Shown here piece after piece: positions 57,887 to 64,000 of a DNA stretch of 64,000 nt (position 1 is its first letter; each line of letters opens with the position of its first letter). The stretch comes from an uncultured delta proteobacterium. Its GTDB lineage: Bacteria; Desulfobacterota; Binatia; UBA9968. The notes beneath the pieces are model-generated. The model made no database searches. It saw only the letters and a list, made by a program, of their open reading frames with translations, and was not told the origin of the DNA. Made by a program: the position numbers and the translations under genes. The stretch is taken from NCBI GenBank assembly GCA_963727625.1, contig CAVSHR010000004.1, positions 1,184,001 through 1,248,000 on the forward strand, written 5' to 3'.

Positions 57887-58999
57887 CTATTTTTGCTTAA
57901 CCTTGGCCAAAATTTCGTCGACCAGTTTTCGCAGCGGCTTGACATCTTCGTATTGCGGCAGGCTGGACAAGAGATACCTGCCCCCCTCCTTCGGCACCTG
58001 TTCATCCCGGTAGCGAATCATATCCTTGGGAATATCGGTGCGAAACGAATTTCGCCCGGTGAGTTTCTGCCAAGTGAGTTGGCCGTCGCGTGACAGAAAC
58101 CAGTTGATGTAAACCTTGGTCGCGTTGGGATGGGGACCGTTTTTAAAAGCGACGATATGTCCCGACCCGGTACTGATCGTGTCGCCCTCTTTCTCGCTGA
58201 AAATCTGCCTAACCGGCAACCCTTGTTTGCGCGCGTTTTCGGTGTTCTCGAACTTCGCGAGCACATGCATGTAATATTTTCCGGAGCCGACCCAGTCCAT
58301 CATCTGATGCTCGTCGGCGGCGAAAGTTATTTGCGTCTCGGTGAGCAGCCGCGTGATGTACTTCGGGCCGAGATCGGGACTGTAGTATATAAATCTCCAA
58401 TTGCCGATATTGCCAGCCGAATTCGGATCGGTCATGACCAACTTGCCGCGATATTTGGGCGCGAGCAGGTCCCACCAAGAGTCGATTTCGCCGAGTTTGA
58501 TAAAATTGGTATTGATCGCGCCGATGCCCGAGCCTGCATCCCCCTGGGCCATAAAAACATACTTCCCTTCGGGATCGGAGTAGAGATGCTTCTTTGACCA
58601 CCATTTCGCCGGATCGACGACGTCGGGAAGAATCAACTGGGGGGGGATCGGCTGCAACAAACCGCCCTTGTAATAGACCAACACCATGGTACCGCCGCCG
58701 CCAATGCTCAAATCAACGAGATGTTTATCGGCACGGCGCTCGGCCATGATTTTTTTCGCCAGGTTGCTTCCCGAACCGCCGACGAAATTGATTTTAATCT
58801 TCGGATAGGCGTCCTTAAACGCAAGTATCGCCCTGCCCACGCCGGCACGAGACTGACCGTAGATCGTCACCTCGCCTTCCTTTTCAGCCGCGGATACGGT
58901 CTTGTCCCAATCCTGCTTCCAATCGCCGTAAACCGATGCCGCAAGAGTGACGTTAACCACCAATACCGCAAATAAATTTGCCGTGAGTGAAATTTTCAC
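57887..58999 (-). CDS. Extracellular solute-binding protein (ABC, Fe3+/thiamine/polyamine-like), orphan
   Basis: Signal peptide, AAEKEGEVTIY, SWWDLLAPKYRGK, PHPNATKVYINWFLSRDGQ. Confidence 0.88.
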   Translation of the reverse strand: MKISLTANLFAVLVVNVTLAASVYGDWKQDWDKTVSAAEKEGEVTIYGQSRAGVGRAILAFKDAYPKIKINFVGGSGSNLAKKIMAERRADKHLVDLSIGGGGTMVLVYYKGGLLQPIPPQLILPDVVDPAKWWSKKHLYSDPEGKYVFMAQGDAGSGIGAINTNFIKLGEIDSWWDLLAPKYRGKLVMTDPNSAGNIGNWRFIYYSPDLGPKYITRLLTETQITFAADEHQMMDWVGSGKYYMHVLAKFENTENARKQGLPVRQIFSEKEGDTISTGSGHIVAFKNGPHPNATKVYINWFLSRDGQLTWQKLTGRNSFRTDIPKDMIRYRDEQVPKEGGRYLLSSLPQYEDVKPLRKLVDEILAKVKQK

Positions 59000-59350
59000 C
59001 GGACACCACCTTTCATGTTTTTACCGCACTCGGCCAAAGTAGCCGCTCTTTTGCTGATAGCCGCGTAAAGCTTTACGGTCAATAGCGCGGCCAATTTCGT
59101 GCTGAGTAGTCGCCCTCGCCGGCTGGACAAACTTATTCTGGGATTGAGAGCTCTGCGCCTGCGCCAATACCAACGTCGAGTTCCATACTCGAAACGAGTC
59201 GCGGCGCAAGAACTAATCTCGATGAGTTGAAAAATGCGTCGGCATGACAGCGAGAGCGGGCCGATCGTAGAGTTCTCGCACGCCCATCATGCTCGCTTAA
59301 TGCGGGAATCGCCGCGATTGCAACCGCCCGTAGACGAGTTTCAATAACCG

Positions 59351-59439
59351 TGGTGCCCGGAGCCGGACTCGAACCGGCACAGACCTTTCGGTCCGAGGGA
59401 TTTTAAGTCCCTTGTGTCTACCTATTCCACCATCCGGGC
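59351..59439 (-). tRNA. tRNA-Leu (anticodon TAA)
   Basis: Reverse complement GCCCGGATGGTGGAATAGGTAGACACAAGGGACTTAAAATCCCTCGGACCGAAAGGTCTGTGCCGGTTCGAGTCCGGCTCCGGGCACCA; long variable arm, CCA encoded. Confidence 0.97.
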
Positions 59440-59547
59440 ATGATCAGGTGAAACGTGAGACGTTAGGTGTCATGGTTTACCCATCGACCCCTAACGCCTC
59501 ACCTTTACGCGATACTGAAAGGTAGCTTACATCGGTTGGAAGTGTTT

Positions 59548-61671
59548 TCAAACAAACAAAGGCGCCAGCACGAGTGTGATCGTCGCGAGAAGCTTGATCA
59601 AAACGTGCAAGCTCGGGCCCGCAGTGTCTTTGAATGGGTCGCCGACGGTGTCGCCGACCACCGCGGCTTTGTGCGTCTCGGAACCCTTGCCGCCGTAAGC
59701 GCCGGACTCGATATATTTTTTGGCATTGTCCCATGCTCCACCGCTGTTATTTAAGAATGTGGCCATCAAAATGCCGGCAATGGTGCCGACCATGAGTAGA
59801 GCCGCGACCGCCTCGGCGCCGACACCGAACATGCGAAAGATCAGGCCGACGGCGACGGGTGTACCGACAGCAATAATGCCGGGCAGTATCATCTCTCTCA
59901 GCGCGCCGACGGTGACGATGTCGACACAACGCGCGTAGTCCGGCTTAACTGTTCCCTGGAGAATTCCGGCATTTTCCTTGAACTGCCGCCTGACCTCGTT
60001 GATGACAACGTAGGCGGCCTTGCCCACCGCGCGGATCGCCAGCGCGGAAAATAGAAAAACCAATGTCGCACCCAACAGCCCACCGACAAAAATTTCAGGC
60101 TTGGCGATATTGACCGATTCGAGCTTCGCGCCGTAATGAGCGACTTCGTCCAGGTAAGCAGAGAAAAGCAAAAACGCGGCGAGCGCCGCCGAACCGATGG
60201 CATAACCTTTAGTGAGAGCCTTGGTGGTATTACCGACCGCGTCGAGGCGGTCGGTCTTCTGGCGCACCTCCTCGGGTTGCCCGCTCATTTCGATAATTCC
60301 GCCGGCGTTATCGGTGATCGGCCCGAAGGTATCCATTGCCAAGATGTATGCCGCGGTTCCCAACATACCCATGGTCGCCACCGCAGTGCCGAACAAACCC
60401 GCGTTGGGGACGCCGCTCGCTTTTCCGAGATAATAGGCGCTGAGAATCGCGATCGAAATCACGATCACAGGGGGAAACGTACATTCGAGCCCGACCGCGA
60501 TACCCGTAATAATATTGGTCGCTGGACCTGTCTGCGATGCTTCGGCGATCTCTCTCACCGGACGGTATTTGTATTCGGTGTAGTACTGCGTGATGTAAAC
60601 AAACGCCTGCGCCATCGAGATGCCGATGACACCACACAGGAAGAAATAGAACCACGCAGAGGTCGCCTCCGGATGGGCGACGGGATCCACGGCGAGCAGC
60701 CATTTAGCTGCAAAGAAAAAGCCGACGATGGCAAGGACGCTGGTGACATAATAGCCGCGGTTGAGCGCGTGCATCGGGTCTTCGTCTTCCCGGCATTTAA
60801 CGATCATGACGCCCACGATCGAAGCCAACAGTCCGAAGGCGCGCGCGACGAGCGGAAAGAGAATGCCCTTGAGGCCAAAGAACGGATAGAGACCGACGCC
60901 GAGAATCATCGCGCCGATATTTTCTGCCGCAGTCGATTCAAACAAATCCGCGCCACGGCCAGCGCAATCGCCGACATTATCGCCGACAAGATCGGCGATA
61001 ACCGCTGGATTGCGCGGATCGTCTTCGGGGATACCGGCTTCGACCTTGCCGACGAGATCGGCGCCAACATCCGCGGCTTTGGTATAGATACCGCCGCCGA
61101 GCTGGGCAAAGAGCGCGACGAAGGAGGCGCCAAAGCCATAGCCGACGATCGTAAACGGAATCTTTCGCGGATCGTGTCCGAGCGTTTCCAATAAAGCGTA
61201 TAATCCGCCCACACCGAGCAAGCTCATCGCGACGACAAACAAGCCGGACACAGCGCCGCCGCGCATCGCTATTTGCAAGCCCTCGTTGAGGCTCGATCGC
61301 ACGGCGGCAGCGGTCCGTATGTTTGCCCGAATCGAGACCCACATGCCGACGTAACCGGCGGTCACGGAACAAGCCGCTCCCAAGACGAAAGAAAAGGTTG
61401 TCCAGAAGGCCATCTGCACCGGTGGCACGGGATCGGCCGGGCTCGGAGTGCGCGCATAGGCGTAGAGGACAAAGATGAACGCCGCCAAAACCGCAGCGAG
61501 ACTTATGATCGTTCGATTTTGCCGCGACAAGAAGGCCTCGGCTCCTTCTTTAATCGCGTTAGAAATCTCCTGCATCTTTGGCGTGCCGGTGTCGTGTTTA
61601 AGCACGTAGCGGGCCAAATAGACCGCAAAGACCAACGACAGGCAGCTAATCGCAATTACAAACGAGATCAT
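59548..61671 (-). CDS. hppA: Membrane-bound H+-translocating pyrophosphatase, K+-independent type
   Basis: [40 protein letters not shown] (Lys variant marks K+-independence), [14 protein letters not shown]. Confidence 0.96.
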   Translation of the reverse strand: MISFVIAISCLSLVFAVYLARYVLKHDTGTPKMQEISNAIKEGAEAFLSRQNRTIISLAAVLAAFIFVLYAYARTPSPADPVPPVQMAFWTTFSFVLGAACSVTAGYVGMWVSIRANIRTAAAVRSSLNEGLQIAMRGGAVSGLFVVAMSLLGVGGLYALLETLGHDPRKIPFTIVGYGFGASFVALFAQLGGGIYTKAADVGADLVGKVEAGIPEDDPRNPAVIADLVGDNVGDCAGRGADLFESTAAENIGAMILGVGLYPFFGLKGILFPLVARAFGLLASIVGVMIVKCREDEDPMHALNRGYYVTSVLAIVGFFFAAKWLLAVDPVAHPEATSAWFYFFLCGVIGISMAQAFVYITQYYTEYKYRPVREIAEASQTGPATNIITGIAVGLECTFPPVIVISIAILSAYYLGKASGVPNAGLFGTAVATMGMLGTAAYILAMDTFGPITDNAGGIIEMSGQPEEVRQKTDRLDAVGNTTKALTKGYAIGSAALAAFLLFSAYLDEVAHYGAKLESVNIAKPEIFVGGLLGATLVFLFSALAIRAVGKAAYVVINEVRRQFKENAGILQGTVKPDYARCVDIVTVGALREMILPGIIAVGTPVAVGLIFRMFGVGAEAVAALLMVGTIAGILMATFLNNSGGAWDNAKKYIESGAYGGKGSETHKAAVVGDTVGDPFKDTAGPSLHVLIKLLATITLVLAPLFV

Positions 61672-61700
61672 TACTCCTCCTCATCCCTGATACCTATTAA

Positions 61701-62429
61701 TCATTCGGGTCTGCGCCATATATACGCGATACCTATACTGAGGATGTAAAGCAGCAGCATCGGCACCGCGAGAAGACTTTGATTGATCACGTCGGGGGTC
61801 GGCGTCAAAATTGCCGCGATAATGAAAATAGCGACGATCGCGTAACGAAACGACCGAAGCATCAATCGATAGTCCCAGATGCCGACTCGCACCAGGAAAA
61901 AAGTGAAAACGGGCAATTCGAATGTCGCTCCAAAAGCCAAAACCATGCGAAAGAAAAAAGTAAAATATTCGCCAATCCGAATCGCTGGACTGACCCCCAT
62001 GCTCTCGTACTGCTCGATAAAATACTTAAACGCGACCGGCAAGACGAAACGATAACAAAAATAAGCGCCAGACACGAAAAATAACGTGGCGCACAAGACA
62101 AACGGTAAAACCCATTTCTGCTCGCTGCCCGAAAGGCCCGGCGCAACGAAGCCCCAGATCTGATAGAAAATCACCGGGCATGAAAAAAGCACACCGGCAG
62201 CGAGGGCGACTTTTATTTCAACAAAAAATGCTTCAGTAACACTGGTGCCGATGAGATTTTGACCTGGCTGCAAGTTCTGCCGCAGCGGCGCCACCACAAA
62301 ACCGAAAATCGCATCGGAAAAAAAATAGCTAATGCCCGCGGCGAGGACAACGGCCAAAACCGATTTTAGAACGCACCAACGGAGCTCCTCGAGATGCTCC
62401 GTCAGCGTCATATTTGAATCCCTCGCCAA
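61701..62429 (-). CDS. tatC: Twin-arginine translocase subunit TatC
   Basis: MTLTEHLEELR, EAFFVEIK, YQIWGFVAPGL, FGATFELP, AAILTPTPD. Confidence 0.96.
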   Translation of the reverse strand: MARDSNMTLTEHLEELRWCVLKSVLAVVLAAGISYFFSDAIFGFVVAPLRQNLQPGQNLIGTSVTEAFFVEIKVALAAGVLFSCPVIFYQIWGFVAPGLSGSEQKWVLPFVLCATLFFVSGAYFCYRFVLPVAFKYFIEQYESMGVSPAIRIGEYFTFFFRMVLAFGATFELPVFTFFLVRVGIWDYRLMLRSFRYAIVAIFIIAAILTPTPDVINQSLLAVPMLLLYILSIGIAYIWRRPE

Positions 62430-62454
62430 AATCCACTACCACAAACCAAAATCA

Positions 62455-62488
62455 CAAAAAAGGGGAAGGATACGATCCCTTCCCCTTT
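62455..62488 (-). terminator. Rho-independent terminator
   Basis: Minus strand AAAGGGGAAGGGATCGTATCCTTCCCCTTTTTT hairpin plus U-tract after the lipoprotein gene. Confidence 0.75.
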
Positions 62489-62528
62489 CCGGTTGGCAAA
62501 AAACCACCTAGGTCAGATCAATGGACCT

Positions 62529-62762
62529 TTACTTGGTTTTCGCGTCCTCTTTCTTTTCTTCGGCCTTTTCCGGCTCCGGAGCCGCATCCTTCATAGCCTC
62601 ATCCGGTTTTTGCTCAGCCGCAGGAGCAGCAGACTCGGCAGGCGCCGCAGGTGCCGGTGGTGGAGGCGGAGCTGGCTCTTCCTTCTTACCGCATCCGACA
62701 AAGGTCAGAGTAAAAGCGAAGAGGGTAATTGCCGACAACGAAACGAATTTTTTTCCCATCAT
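62529..62762 (-). CDS. Small Pro/Ala-rich lipoprotein
   Basis: AAGGAGG RBS, lipobox FVGC, GKKEEPAPPPPPAPAAP. Confidence 0.8.
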   Translation of the reverse strand: MMGKKFVSLSAITLFAFTLTFVGCGKKEEPAPPPPPAPAAPAESAAPAAEQKPDEAMKDAAPEPEKAEEKKEDAKTK

Positions 62763-63496
62763 TGATTCACCTCCTTTCCCGTCACACTTCTAAAAAAGCC
62801 CCATCTGTTGACCCATTGATATCGCATAAGTTGTTAGGATATTCAAGTGTACTATGCACCATGATCGGCCATTGCGCAATTTTCAACACAGAGATCACGG
62901 TTCAAAACAAATGACCTTGCGGCAATGGTCCCAGCGAATTTCTTTAAACGTGGTTATGAAATGTGAAACGAGTATCTGCACTGGCCAAACCATCCGAGCC
63001 GCCAAAAGCCAAAGTCAGCGTTCCTGCCGGCACAAACCGAGCACCCATTGAACCTACCGGGGAGCCGGGGCTGCGGCTTGGAGACTGCTCACAGAGCAGA
63101 ACGCTTGGATTCAGGGAAAACTAACACCGAATGTTCATAACTTGTTGATAACTTAAGCCGCGCATGGGCCAGAAGGCCAAAATTAGCGGAGCCGAGCGAA
63201 TTGCTTAATTTCTCAGCGCTATTCTATAATAACTTTCAACTAGTTGGCAGAATTTCTAAAATATTTAAAAAATACCATAACGAATGATCGTGGGGATTTT
63301 GACCGGTCGCGGCACCAACATCAATCGAACCTGCTTTGTGCACGCCAGCTAAGGGGGGAATCCGACGTGAAAGTAAAGTCCTTGCCCTGGAGGATAGGAT
63401 ACCAAACTGCCGGTTTTGGACAGGCTACGCGTGGGTAGGTGCCAGCGCTAATGGGTTCTTAGGGATTGTCTAGGCTGCGCAGGGTTGAAGCACTCG

Positions 63497-63525
63497 TTGA
63501 CTCCACCGGAAGGCAATGGTAAAAA
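63497..63525 (+). promoter_or_regulatory. Putative sigma70 promoter of rpsT
   Basis: TTGACT-N17-TAAAAA with extended TG. Confidence 0.55.
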
Positions 63526-63553
63526 TCGTTAAAGTTAAACTTGGAGGAATTCC

Positions 63554-63826
63554 TTGGTCATACATACTTCGGCCATCAAGAGACACCGTCAAAACCTAAA
63601 AAATCGGGTACGCAATATCGAGACGAAATCAAAGCTTAGAACTTTGATCAAAAGAGCACGCCAAGCGATTGAGGTCAAAAATCAAGAAGCTGCTGCAAAC
63701 CAAATCCGCGCCGTAAACAAAGCCTTAGGATCTGCCGTTAGCAAAGGCATCATCAAAAGCAACACCGCGTCGCGCTGGTTATCCCGTCTCTCCCGTTCCG
63801 CGTCACAGCTTTCCAAAGCTGGTTGA
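63554..63826 (+). CDS. rpsT: 30S ribosomal protein S20
   Basis: TTG start after GGAGG; SAIKRHRQNLKNRVRN..KSKLRTLIK..KGIIKSNTASRWLSRL. Confidence 0.95.
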   Translation: MVIHTSAIKRHRQNLKNRVRNIETKSKLRTLIKRARQAIEVKNQEAAANQIRAVNKALGSAVSKGIIKSNTASRWLSRLSRSASQLSKAG

Positions 63827-63890
63827 TTTTTGTTGAATATCGCCGGTCAGCTTGGCTGAGAGACCAACCGAAACCAGAACGAATTCGCTC

Positions 63891-64000
63891 TCAAAACATT
63901 TCCATGACCCGCTCGTGAAGTTCTTTCGCAAAGCGCTCCATCAGATCGTTGCGAACCGCCCGTCGCTGGATTTCCGTCAGTTGAATATCGGTCATCCGCC
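63891..64000 (-). CDS. 3' end of a gene, possibly LPS-assembly lipoprotein LptE
   Basis: ..MTDIQLTEIQRRAVRNDLMERFAKELHERVMEMF*; amphipathic terminal helix; leuS-lptE often lie near rpsT (inference). Confidence 0.4.
   Translation of the reverse strand, partial: RMTDIQLTEIQRRAVRNDLMERFAKELHERVMEMF

Noticed and set aside
59351-59439. tRNA-Leu as an integration site for an island
   Set aside because: No duplicated tRNA 3' end (att) and no integrase seen in the window.
62985-63120. Possible 6S RNA (TTGAACC..GGGAGCC, CTTGGATTCAGGG)
   Set aside because: No long closing stem or ~180-nt rod, and the usual zapA/ygfA/rny context is absent.

Overview
GC-rich bacterial chromosome segment. The repertoire and intergenic repeats suggest a Deltaproteobacteria-like lineage, possibly Ca. 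Binatia; this is an inference, not a database result. The left core carries rpoD(partial)-dnaG-cvpA-yqeY-rpsU, GDPD, tlyA, dxs and ispA. The right core carries xseB-M23-xseA, ctpA-envC-ftsX-ftsE, a radical SAM enzyme, gdhA, tRNA-Leu(TAA), a K+-independent H+-PPase, tatC and rpsT. About 29 kb of accessory DNA (8.6-37.6 kb) separates xseB from ispA, genes that are usually adjacent. The left half of that insert is a light/photo-oxidative stress cluster: cruF-crtB-crtI-crtE, a DUF523/DUF1722 (RudS-like) desulfidase, SRPBCC, a class II photolyase, a DUF2867 SDR, a frameshifted TIGR01777 gene, an esterase, a glycosyltransferase and an acyltransferase. Its best candidate regulator is unusual: a CarH-type AdoB12 photosensor domain (Wx9EH and ExHxxG intact) fused to a C-terminal XRE helix-turn-helix instead of an N-terminal MerR domain. 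A perfect 24-bp palindrome lies in the cluster's divergent promoter. The right half is repeat-rich. It holds about 9 copies of a composite TTGAACG element, decayed genes, a candidate three-way-junction RNA, and two diverged tandem membrane-protein paralogues that share a conserved ~160-nt 5' leader.
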